NCBI GenBank assembly: GCA_002269645.1
Contig: NIVC01001809.1
Coordinates: 62,001 to 126,000 of the forward strand
DNA length: 64,000 bases
Direction: 5' to 3'
From: Macrostomum lignano
Taxonomy: Eukaryota
Part shown: positions 11,611 through 22,914 of the stretch, piece after piece
Layout of the letters: each line of letters starts with the position of its first letter
Position numbering within the stretch: the stretch's first letter is position 1
Program-made: the position numbers and the translations under genes
The notes under the pieces: generated by a model
The model's input: only the letters and a program-made list of their open reading frames with translations
What the model was told of the DNA's origin: nothing
Databases searched by the model: none

Positions 11611-11758
11611 GGGACTCCTATTAAACAGGGACTCCTATTAAACATGGACTCCTATTAAACATGGACTCCTATTAAACATGGACTCCTATTAAACATGGAC
11701 TCCTATTAAACATGGACTCCTATTAAACATGGACTCCTATTAAACATGGACTCCTATT
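11611..11758. repeat. 17-bp minisatellite (GGACTCCTATTAAACAT), ~9 units
   Basis: Tandem units. Confidence 0.95.
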
Positions 11759-12600
11759 ATGGTGACAGTAATCAAAAATCCACCTTTGGTGTCAGCACAA
11801 AAATCGGTCTGTCAGAAACTGCAGTCAGAAATTTCTCCGGTCCGGTTTCACAGCTTTGCCAAAGTAACTTCCCAACCCTGTTAATTTAAACTAAACCAGA
11901 TACCAAGTTTTGCTTTTAGCTTTTCTGAAAGTCGTGCAACAGGCTGCTGGGCATGGTGGGCGGCTGACAGATTTGGATTCTGGCTGGCTGCTTGCGTTTT
12001 TATCGATGGGTAATCTAGGGGTATCTATGGCTAATCTAGGGGATATCTATGGAATCTAAGTGACAGGCCCGGTGGCAGCCCAGGACAGCAGCGGCATCGG
12101 CAGCCGTCCCCAGCAGCTGCAGCAGCGCATTGAAGGTCGCCAGAAGCCGTACCCGGTTCTGGCCAGCGATGGCAACAGCAAAATCGAATGGCCTCTCGAT
12201 CTCCCTCCTTCCTCCCGTTTTTCCTTCTCTCTCTTCGTCGAGTTTGGGTTGAACCGTGATCTGTCACTCTGTGCTGGGACCTAAGCTCTGTGATCAGTGC
12301 TGTGACACTCCTTCCACCTCCCCTCTTTCTCCCTTCCCTCTCTTCTCCCTCCCACCCTCCTCTAATTTTAACTAATCTTTGTCTGATCATCGTCAAAAGC
12401 ACAAAAAGTTCACGCTAATAATACAAGTTGACGCTTCATCTGCCGTTAAAAACTATTTGGTAAATATAGATTTTCGGGACGAAATACTTAAGTGAAACCT
12501 CACGAGGACATGCTAGCTACAGTGCAGCTTGCACTTCTTGAAAAAATAATTATTTGTGCTTTAAAGCGAGTGATATACGAGTATAACATGTCCTATTAGT

Positions 12601-13035
12601 TGATTAGAAAATTGAATGGATTGCTGAATGAGTGAACAGGTGATTGAGAAAGTGAATGGATTGCTGAATGAGTGAACAGGTGATTGAGAAAGTGAATGGA
12701 TTGCTGAATGAGTGAACAGGTGATTGAGAAAGTGAATGGATTGCTGAATGAGTGAACAGGTGATTGAGAAAGTGAATGGATTGCTGAATGAGTGAACAGG
12801 TGATTGAGAAAGTGAATGGATTGCTGAATGAGTGAACAGGTGATTGAGAAAGTGAATGGATTGCTGAATGAGTGAACGGTTGATTGAGAAAGTGAATGGA
12901 TTGCTGAATGAGTGAACGGTTGATTGAGAAAGTGAATGGATTGCTGAATGAGTGAACAGGTGATTGAGAAAGTGAATGCATTGCTGAATGAGTGAACGGG
13001 TCATTGAGAAAGTGAATGCATTGCTGAATGAGTGA
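12601..13035. repeat. 40-bp minisatellite (GATTGAGAAAGTGAATGGATTGCTGAATGAGTGAACAGGT), ~11 units
   Basis: Tandem units. Confidence 0.95.
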
Positions 13036-14140
13036 AAGAAATTGTTTATTGCTTGTTTATAGTTTATAGTTTATTGTTTGTAGTTATTAAGCATAACTAA
13101 ACGATATACGAGCTAATATATGGTTTGGTATTGTCCTAGTATAATTTATAAGATTTCTAAGACTAAGAAGGATTTTAACAGAAGTATCTAAGAATTTTTA
13201 TAATTTTAATGGCATTTTAAAAAGTCAACCAAAACGGTCTTTATATCCAAAACATCTCCATTCGCCTGAACCTCGGGCTCCAGCTTCTGTTGGTTGCGCG
13301 CCTTGCGCTTTCGTAGGCTGGCTTTTCCGTCTTTTGTTGCACAAGTTCGAGTTCAGAGCGGTTTCGTATCTAGAGATGGGACGAATATTCGGAATTATCG
13401 CAATTGACCCATATTCGGTTCGAATCGGAATTGGAAAGTTGACAATCCTGAGGAAAACTCAGGATAATTGAGGAAAACTGAGGGTCAAACGGAGGAAAAA
13501 GGAAGACAAAAAATCTCCACCCCAACCCACATCTCGCCGAATGACTCTGCCCAAAATCCTACTCTGAATCTCGAAAATGTCCACACCTCTACAAGTTCAA
13601 CAGCGAATTCGTTTGCAATATTTCTGACAACATTTTCACCTATGACATGTCCTGTGTATTCTCCTAATCACAAATTTCGCTCTTGCACTCCTTTAAGTGG
13701 TAGTTGTGTATTAGAGAATGGGGGTCAAAACAATGTATACATACAATAACAGATGTGGAAAACATAAACAATACTCATAATTAAAATTATTTGATAAATC
13801 ATTAAGCTTCTCAACGGCCGCTGTTGTGTGTAATGTTACATTTTATAAAGGATAAGAAGAGGCTAGCTCGTAACAAAGAGTAGGAATAGAGACAGAGATG
13901 AGCAAAAATATCAACTCGACTGTTTCTAAAAATAGCACAGACTCTGGCCTCCAAACCGGGCAATGAAGACCCATCCTTGAGCCGTACGCAGAGACCAAAA
14001 ACTACAGGACCATTAGGCTTTGGCTGTTTCTTCTAGAGGAGGGTCCAATTTTGTTTCAATTTCAATCCTCAATGCGACAATCAGTGCCAGTGAGCTGAAA
14101 TCGATGTAGAAGAAAGGGATAAGAAAGACTGCTGCAGACG

Positions 14141-15132
14141 GGCGGAGAGAAGCGCAGAGAAGCCGAGATTAGCGGAGAGAAGCGGAGATTAGCGGAGAGA
14201 AGCGGAGAGAAGCGGAGATTAGCGGAGAGAAGCGGAGAGAAGCGGAGAGAAGCGGAGAGAAGCGGAGAGAAGCGGAGAGAAGCGGAGAGAAGCGGAGAGA
14301 AGCGGAGAGAAGCGGAGAGAAGCGGAGAGAAGCGGAGAGAAGCGGAGAGAAGCGGAGAGCGGAGAGCGGAGAGAAGCGGAGAGAAGCGGAGATTATCGGA
14401 GAGAAGCGGAGAGAGCGGAGATTATCGGAGAGAAGCGGAGAGAAGCGGAGATTAGCGGAGAGAAGCGGAGATTAGCGGAGATTATCGGAGAGAAGCGGAG
14501 AGAAGCGGAGATTATCGGAGAGAAGCGGAGAGAAGCGGAGAGAAGCGGAGATTATCGGAGAGAAGCGGAGAGAAGCGGAGATTAGCGGAGAGAAGCGGAG
14601 ATTAGCGGAGATTATCGGAGAGAAGCGGAGAGAAGCGGAGATTATCGGAGAGAAGCGGAGAGAAGCGGAGAGAAGCGGAGAGAAGCGGAGAGAAGCGGAG
14701 ATTATCGAGAGAAGCGGGAGCGGAGAGAAGCGGAGATTATCGGAGAGAAGCGGAGAGAAGCGGAGAGAAGCGGAGATTATCGGAGAGAAGCGGAGAGAAG
14801 CGGAGAGAAGCGGAGATTATCGGAGAGAAGCGGAGAGAAGCGGAGAGAAGCGGAGATTATCGGAGAGAAGCGGAGAGAAGCGGAGAGAAGCGGAGAGAAG
14901 CGGAGAGAAGCGGAGAGAAGCGGAGAGAAGCGGAGAGAAGCGGAGAGAAGCGGAGAGAAGCGGAGAGAAGCGGAGAGAAGCGGAGAGAAGCGGAGAGAAG
15001 CGGAGAGAAGCGGAGAGAAGCGGAGATTATCGGAGAGAAGCGGAGAGAAGCGGAGAGAAGCGGAGAGAAGCGGAGATTATCGGTGAGAAGCGGAAAGAAG
15101 CGGAGAGAAGCGGAGAGAAGCGGAGAGAAGCT
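14141..15132. repeat. 10-bp purine-rich satellite (AGCGGAGAGA with AGCGGAGATT / TCGGAGAGA variants)
   Basis: About 1 kb of tandem decamers. Confidence 0.95.
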
Positions 15133-15763
15133 TAAGGGGTGCGTAATGGTCAGGTCAGATGCCAGTACGATGAATGCCAGGAAACAAGTAGGTTGGATCA
15201 GTTTAGAAATTGAGGCACATGAAATACATTAGAAGGCAAAGGTGCGAACCGGAACGAGAGGGGCACATGGCCGTCAGTTAATTCATATCAAACACAGAAT
15301 GGATGAAATTCGAGGTTCGCAAAGATAAAGAGTTTGGTTTGGTTTGGTTTCAGCTAGGCGATAAAAAAGGTGGAAAGTTGCTTGAACCGCGTGTTGCTGC
15401 GATTGAGGAGAAATCGATAATAAAATGAATATAGTTTTGAACAACTCTGCATATTCACTCAGACACACAGGGAAGGTCTTGGAAACGCAATATTCTCTTC
15501 ATCTAAGAGACTCACCCGCCTCAGCTTATCCCAGCAGCTGAGGCTATCGATGTATTTAGAACAAAGAGTCTTGCATGGAACAACTCTGCATATTCACTTT
15601 ATTAGCAATGTAATGGGGGGAATGCAATGGAAGGCAGGGTCTGTTCTCTGTATTAATAGTCAATGCACTTAGTTGTATGATTTCAAATGCCTAAATCCAT
15701 GTTATAATTTTGTAATTTTAAAGCGTGAATAAATATAAATGCATCGATGTTATGTAACGGCTC

Positions 15764-15977
15764 TCCCGCATCTCAGCTGCATCTCTTTCTACTTCTCAGC
15801 CTGTCCCGCATCTCAGCTGCATCTCTATCCATTTCTCAGCCTGTCCCGCATCTCAGCTGCATCTCTATCTACTTCTCAGCCTGTCCTGCATCTCAGCTGC
15901 ATCTCTATCCACTTCTCAGCCTGTCCCACATCTCAGCTGCATCTCTATCTACTTCTCAGCCTGTCCCGCATCTCAGC
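15764..15977. repeat. 40-bp minisatellite (CCGCATCTCAGCTGCATCTCTATCTACTTCTCAGCCTGTC), ~5 units
   Basis: Tandem units. Confidence 0.9.
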
Positions 15978-16677
15978 AAACAAGCAGAGAGCAAAAGCTC
16001 AGTGTGTGGCAGGTGGGCGGGCGGTCAGCCCTGGCAACGCGGCAGACATGGAAGCAGCCAGAACAAAAAATGTTCTGCAACACAAATTTTCAAGGTCGAG
16101 TTTTAAAACATAATTTCTTTGAAAAAAATTTCTCTGGAATCAGCAGCAACTCCTGCTCAGAATCAAATGAAACTCATGTCAGCTTACCAAGCTATAAATG
16201 CTAAAATTTTGAGCGAACAGTCAGCCTCGTCCGCCTGGGCTTTTGACGCTTCCCGATCCCCGGTCAGCCGTTTCCCAATGTGCGCTTCGGCCACACTTCT
16301 GCAGCCAATGTGCAGCCATTTTTTCTGCTGGTATGGATCTCTCTTCTGTTTCCTGTGCTTCCTCTGCCAGCTCTGGATTTTCTCTCCCAGGCTTCCTCCC
16401 AACCAGCGCTGGAACCTCTGTTGCAGCCGGCTCTGTCGGGTCTTTCTGCCCCTGTGCTGCCTCTTCCTTTTAATCTGAAGTATCGTGTTTGCTTGCTGCA
16501 GAGCCTGCTGTCTGCTTTTGCGAGTTCCGCCTTCTCTGCGAGTCTCTGCCTGCCGCTCAGCAGACTGGCGAGTTTCATCTCGGTGAGTCCTGCTCGCATG
16601 CCTTGCTTCAGCCTGCTGAGCTGGCGTTGGAGTGAGCTGTCAATTACGGCTTGCGATTAAGGCTCAATTAAGGCTGA

Positions 16678-17398
16678 TCTGTCACTCTGGGCTGGGACCT
16701 GAGCACTGTGGCCTGTCACTCTGGGCTGGGACCTGAGCGCTGTGGCCTGTCACTCTGGGCTGGGACCTGAGCGCTGTGGCCTGTCACTCTGGGCTGGGAC
16801 CTGAGCGCTGTGGCCTGTCACTCTGGGCTGGGACCTGAGCGCTGTGGCCTGTCACTCTGGGCTGGGACCTGAGCGCTGTGGCCTGTCACTCTGGGCTGGG
16901 ACCTGAGCGCTGTGGCCTGTCACTCTGGGCTGGGACCTGAGCGCTGTGGCCTGTCACTCTGGGCTGGGACCTGAGCGCTGTGGCCTGTCACTCTGGGCTG
17001 GGACCTGAGCGCTGTGGCCTGTCACTCTGGGCTGGGACCTGAGCGCTGTGGCCTGTCACTCTGGGCTGGGACCTGAGCGCTGTGGCCTGTCACTCTGGGC
17101 TGGGACCTGAGCGCTGTGGCCTGTCACTCTGGGCTGGGACCTGAGCGCTGTGGCCTGTCACTCTGGGCTGGGACCTGAGCGCTGTGGCCTGTCACTCTGG
17201 GCTGGGACCTGAGCGCTGTGGCCTGTCACTCTGGGCTGGGACCTGAGCGCTGTGGCCTGTCACTCTGGGCTGGGACCTGAGCGCTGTGGCCTGTCACTCT
17301 GGGCTGGGACCTGAGCGCTGTGGCCTGTCACTCTGGGCTGGGACCTGAGCGCTGTGGCCTGTCACTCTGGGCTGGGACCTGAACGCTGTGGCCTGTCA
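16678..17398. repeat. 34-bp minisatellite (CTGTCACTCTGGGCTGGGACCTGAGCGCTGTGGC), ~21 highly homogeneous units
   Basis: Near-perfect tandem units; a single diverged unit lies at 12258-12292. Confidence 0.95.
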
Positions 17399-18109
17399 GC
17401 TCCTGGCCAGCTCATTCGCTGGTTACAAGAATTACTTTTGATTGAGGCAGTGAGGGTCCTAAGTATTAAAAACGAATAACTTGACCCACTGAAGTTGAAT
17501 TGACAAGCAACCTTTTCTCCACAGTAGACTGAACCTTCGGTTCACCAAAAAACCAGAATCCAGAGCTTCTTATTTGGAATTCCACCGTTAGAGATTATAT
17601 TGTGAGACAGCATCTCGAGTTTGTGAACACCAAATACAGCGGGCTGTAAGTTTACATTACGTGATTGCATCATCAGGAAAATTCAGTCGAATCTGCCGCC
17701 TCAGTTACTTGGCTCTCACCTTGGTAACCGAAGTAGACACAGAGCCATAGTAGTGAGCGACCATATTTAAAATATTTCACACGGAGCAGTATATTACACC
17801 GCTCAGTGGGCCATTAAACGCATTTAAAGATCTCACACTGCACTGAGGCACAATGGGTCAGCTCAGCCTCATCAAGTACAGCTTGGGGTGGCCGCTGCAG
17901 CCGCAGCCTCTTCGTTGCCATGCTGGGTGCACAGAAGCAAAGGCGGCAGACTCAGCTCTCATGGCCAGGATAATGGGAAAGAAGTTTCGGCTGCTCAGGC
18001 CGGGAGTGGTCGGCCTCGCCAGAGACTGCAAAAGGGCCAGGGCAGCTGAGAGATGAGGCGGTAGAATCCTTCTGGCAACCGGCTGCACAAACCTTTGAAA
18101 CATCTGCCG

Positions 18110-18876
18110 TTCTGACAGCAGCATGACTGACATCTGCTATCTGACAGCAGCATGACTGATATCTGCTATCTGACAGCAGCATGACTGACATCTGCTATCT
18201 GACGGCAGCATGACTGACATCTGCTATCTGACAGCAGCATGACTGATATCTGCTATCTGACAGCAGCATGACTGACATCTGCTATCTGACAGCAGCATGA
18301 CTGACATCTGCTATCTGACAGCAGCATGACTGACATCTGCTATCTGACAGCAGCATGACTGACATCTGCTATCTGACAGCAGCATGACTGACATCTGCTA
18401 TCTGACAGCAGCATGACTGACATCTGCTATCTGACAGCAGCATGACTGACATCTGCTATCTGACAGCAGCATGACTGACATCTGCTATCTGACAGCAGCA
18501 TGACTGACATCTGCTATCTGACAGCAGCATGACTGACATCTGCTATCTGACAGCAGCATGACTGACATCTGCTATCTGACAGCAGCATGACTGACATCTG
18601 CTATCTGACAGCAGCATGACTGATATCTGCTATCTGACAGCAGCATGACTGACATCTGCTATCTGACAGCAGCATGACTGACATCTGCTATCTGACAGCA
18701 GCATGACTGACATCTGCTATCTGACAGCAGCATGACTGACATCTGCTATCTGACAGCAGCATGACTGACATCTGCTATCTGACAGCAGCATGACTGACAT
18801 CTGCTATCTGGCAGCAGCATGACTGACATCTGCTATCTAACAGCAGCATGACTGACATCTGCTATCTGACAGCAGC
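18110..18876. repeat. 29-bp minisatellite (TCTGACAGCAGCATGACTGACATCTGCTA), ~26 units
   Basis: Tandem units. Confidence 0.95.
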
Positions 18877-18949
18877 CAAGGATCATAGGTAGTATTCACG
18901 AAGAGTCTCTAAATTCTTTATAAATTTGCAGCCACAAAGCAGCCCCAAT

Positions 18950-19262
18950 TGCTCGCTTCCCTTTTCTTCCCCTCTTTCTCCCCCACTCCCTCTTTTCTCG
19001 CTCCCTCCCCTATTTTGCCTTCCCCCTCTTCTTCCTTCCTTTCTCCCTTCCAGCTCCCCTCTCTCCTCTTTCTCCCTCTCTTTTTCTCCTTCTCTCTCCC
19101 TACCCTCTTCCTCCCGTTCTCCCCTCTTCCCCTCTCTCTCTCCCTTATCTCCCCACCTTCTCCCTCCCTCCCCTCTTCCTCCCGTTCTCCCCTCTTCCCC
19201 TCTCTCTCTCCCTCATCTCCCCACCTTCTCCCTCCCTCCCCTCCTCCTTCCTCGACTTCTCT
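18950..19262. repeat. Polypyrimidine low-complexity tract
   Basis: Almost exclusively C/T on the plus strand. Confidence 0.9.
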
Positions 19263-20432
19263 TCGAATGCGTCGCAGCCTCGCAGCCATCCTAGGAGAAG
19301 CATTGGATCGTGTAGAGGAAATTTAAATAATAAAATTCTGCTGTCCGTTTCAGACTTTTCTGTGAATTTTTCCGAAAGTAGCCAGAATGACAGTTGATTG
19401 CAGCACATTTGTTGCCCATGTTTGCAACTCTTCCATTACACCCTTGAACAAGCGGTCTTTCAGACTTTCAAGCAAGGGGGCTACACTTGAGAAGTCCTTT
19501 TTCAAAGCTAAAAAAGGGCTGAAGGGCACTACACGTTGAAACCCGTGTCAAAATGATCCCTATGCATTTCATCCACATTCCCCAACAGTCCGTATAGTGA
19601 ATTAAATAATACAGCATGTTTCAATCCGCTAAATGAGCGTCTAAAAAAATAGGTCTTTGTACATTAAACAAGCTCTTCTTCTTATAGATTTCCCATTTGA
19701 TATGGGCTGCGCCCACTGTGGGAAAACTCTTTAATAGTCCCACAGTCCCCGACTTTGTTAAAGTGGGGAGAATACGAAAAACGCCTTCATACAGTCGGCC
19801 CGGTCGTGCAGCCGAAAAATTCGCGCTTAGAAAAGCCAGGGAAGCCTCTTTTGTTTGCTTCGCTCACCAGGACGCGACACTGAAATCGTGCCTATACAGG
19901 TTGGGTCTCGTTTTTCTTCCCAGATTACCCGAGAGCCCACCTATTTCAGTGCGCTCAGTATGAAAAAGTGCAAAAATTGATGCGTGTTAATTTGAAAAAT
20001 AAAAGGCTGAAATTACAAATTATACAGCAAATAAATAAACTGAACGCTGGCTTGGATGTTTTCAAGTCGGGCAAAGGTTTTAAGACTGCCGTCAGTTGCC
20101 AGATCTCCAGCATAAAAGGCTTGCTTATCACCACCAACTGTGACCTCAAACAGCAGCTCTTGGCCAGCATTCAGCGATGTGGCGATCTCCAAGTTGCCGG
20201 AAACGGACATTCTAGTTGTAAAAAAAGGTTAAACTCCATTCAGAGATCCACCTTGAAAAAGCGGCTTAGATGATCTGGCAGATCGTATGACCCAATAGCG
20301 TGGAAGTCAGAAATCATATCCTTTTGTAGAAGCTCCACTGCTTTTACCTCGCAACGCGGAATGTCGTTCTGTCGATGGCTCTCAGCCGATGCATTTGCCT
20401 CTGCCTCTCTTCGGAAACGGCCTTGCTCAAGT

Positions 20433-21493
20433 AGGGAAGATGTACGGCACAGCATCATTCGGGAAGATGCACGGCACAGCATCATTCGGGAAGATGTACG
20501 TCACAGCATCATTCGGGAAGATGCACGCTGCACGGCACAGCATCATTCGGGAAGATGCACGCTGCACGGCACAGCATCATTCGGGAAGATGCACGCTGCA
20601 CGGCACAGCATCATTCGGGAAGATGCACGCTGCATGGCACAGCATCATTCGGGAAGATGCACGCTGCACGGCACAGCATCATTCGGGAAGATGTACGGCA
20701 CAGCATCATTCGGGAAGATGCACTGCACAGCATCATTCGGGAAGATGCACGGCACAGCATCATTCGGAAGGATGTACGGCACAGCATCATTCGGGAAGAT
20801 GCACGCTGCACGGCACAGCATCATTCGGGAAGATGCACGCTGCACGGCACAGCATCATTCGGGAAGATGCACTGCACAGCATCATTCGGAAGATGCACTG
20901 CACAGCATCATTCGGAAAGATGTATGGCACAGCATCATTCGGGAAGATGCACTGCACAGCATCATTCGGGAAGATGCACGGCACAGCATCATTCGGGAAG
21001 ATGCACTGCACAGCATCATTCGGGAAGATGTACGGCACAGCATCATTCGGGAAGATGCACTGGCACAGCATCATTCGGAAGGATGTACGGCACAGCATCA
21101 TTCGGGAAGATGCACGCTGCACGGCGCAGCATTCGGAAGATGCACTGCACAGCATCATTCGGAAAGATGCACGGCACAGCATCATTCGGAAGGATGTACG
21201 GCACAGCATCATTCGGGAAGATGCACGCTGCACGGCGCAGCATTCGGGAAGATGCACTGCACAGCATCATTCGGAAAGATGCATGCTGCACGGCACAGCA
21301 TCATTGGGGAAGATGCACTGCACAGCATCATTCGGAAAGATGTACGGCACAGCATCATTCGGGAAGATGCACGGCACAGCATCATTCGGGAAGATGCACG
21401 GCACAGCATCATTTGGGAAGATGCATGGCACAGCATCATTCAGGAAGATGCACGGCACAGCATCATTCGGGAAGATGCACGGCACAGCATCAT
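20433..21493. repeat. 27-bp minisatellite with 34-bp variant, inside the THAP element (minus strand encodes NDAVPCIFP)
   Basis: Unit GGGAAGATGCACGGCACAGCATCATTC, with or without an ACGCTGC insertion. Confidence 0.95.
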
Positions 21494-21819
21494 CTGTCAG
21501 ACGCCGGTTTTTCAGCTTCGCAGTAGCAGTCGATGGATCGTCAGCTGCCGGCCTTTTGCGATTTGGGTTGGAACCCGCAGAGACCGTAATAAAAAAACTT
21601 ATTTGGAAAATGCAGAGAGCAAAAACGATAGTTGTGACTTGGGTCGGACCGCAGCTTACACAGCTCGGCCTCAGTCCATTCTCGAGGAATTGTAGCGATC
21701 CACTTGTTCAGCAGATCCAAATTCTCGACAGAAGGAAACTTGTGGATGGAAACAGTCGGGTCCTTCTTATACCGAGGCGAATTAGTAACACAAGCTGGAA
21801 CACAGCACTTGTATCCCAT
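21467..21819 (-). pseudogene. THAP DNA-binding domain of P-type transposase (frameshifted at the A7 run ~21591-21597)
   Basis: MGYKCCVPAC...HKFP...LNKW...RFCSLHF is the THAP C2CH signature. The shifted frame continues ...KNRRLTDDAVPCIFP, the AVPTIF box. Confidence 0.85.
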
Positions 21820-22534
21820 GATGTATTATGCAAATGTTCGATTAAAAATTAGAGTTCAGAAAATCATAGAATTGCTTAGAGTGAGTTGATAGCTATCAGT
21901 TGTTTTTTGCTGCCTAAATGATATCCTGCACGAGAAGATATGGGCAAAACATAGAAAAGATATGAGTATTCAGTGTACAGTAAACGAAAGACAAAAATTC
22001 TTTGCTTCCCAAGTTCCCAAAACGAGACTAAACTCGTAGAGGAGGTGGGGAGGGGCCCCGTGTGAGTGTCGCTTCCTGGTGAGCGAAGCGAACAAAGAGG
22101 CTTTCCTGAGAAAAGCCTTCCCTTTCTCTTCTGTTTTTGCTTTGCTTCGCCCAGCACTCACTCATCTGTGCATTTCTGTGCTTGCCTTGACGTCTGGCTT
22201 TTCTCTCCCAGCCTTCCTCCAAAAAGCGTTCAATACTTCTGTAGCAGCCCCCCGCTGCTCTGCCTGGAATTTCTGCCCCTCTGTCTCTTCTTTTCATCTC
22301 AAGTACCGTGTTTACTTGCTGCAGAACCTCCTGTCTGCTTTTGCGAGTTCCGCCTTCTCTGCGGCCTGCGAGTCTCTGCCTGCTGGTCTGTCAGCAAACT
22401 GGCGAGTTCAGAACTGGCCATCGGTGAGTCCTGCTCTGCCTGCTTCAGTCTGCTGGGCCGGCGATGGAGTGAGCTGTCAATTGGGCTTGCGATTACCCAC
22501 TGACCAAATCCTTTAATCTGAATTCACAGACTAA

Positions 22535-22860
22535 TTTTCCTCCTCTCCCTCCTTCCTCCCGTTTCTTCCTCGCCTCTCCTCCTTCCTCCCGTTTTTTCCT
22601 CGCCTCTCCCTCCTTCCTCCCGTTTTTTCCTCGCCCCTCCCTCCTTCCTCCCGTTTTTTCCTCGCCTCTCCCTCCTTCCTCCCGTTTCTTCCTCGCCCCT
22701 CCCTCCTTCCTCCCGTTTTTTCCTCGCCTCTCCCTCCTTCCTCCCGTTTCTTCCTCGCCTCTCCCTCCTTCCTCCCGTTTTTTCCTCGCCCCTCCCTCCT
22801 TCCTCCCGTTTTTTCCTCGCCTGTCCCTCCTTCTCCCTCCCTCCTTTTTCCTCTTTCCTT
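22535..22860. repeat. ~30-bp polypyrimidine minisatellite (CTCCCTCCTTCCTCCCGTTTTTTCCTCGCC)
   Basis: Tandem CT-rich units just upstream of the ankyrin exon. Confidence 0.9.
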
Positions 22861-22914
22861 CACTCCTTCTTAACCTTAACTTCTTCATTGCTTAAATTTT
22901 TACTTAACAGAACT

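Larger units (their letters stand above)
19837..22108 (-). mobile_element. P-element-superfamily (THAP) DNA transposon, internally deleted
   Basis: TIRs at 19837-19880 and 22066-22108 (CAGGRAAGCCTCTTT...GCGACAC; 3 mismatches and 1 indel). An exact 8-bp TSD AGAAAAGC lies at 19829-19836 and 22109-22116. A THAP ORF starts at 21819 on the minus strand. Confidence 0.9.

Noticed and set aside
12561-13004. 147-aa and 125-aa minus-strand ORFs
   Set aside because: Translations of the 40-bp minisatellite.
13371-13435. TAGAGATGGGACGAATATTCGG... resembling a hAT/MITE terminus
   Set aside because: No partner inverted end or TSD found, so an element cannot be supported.
18918-19408. Glu/Arg/Gly-rich and Pro/Ser/Leu-rich ORFs (also 22493-22888)
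   Set aside because: Polypyrimidine low-complexity tracts.
3910-21493. CRISPR-like appearance of the 23-40-bp repeat arrays
   Set aside because: Units are head-to-tail with no unique spacers and no cas genes; eukaryotic context. These are minisatellites.
20361-21852. Long plus-strand ORFs (444, 487, 323 aa) with HSIIREDA / GTASFGKM repeats
   Set aside because: Stop-free readings of the 27/34-bp array; the meaningful frame is the minus-strand THAP motif.
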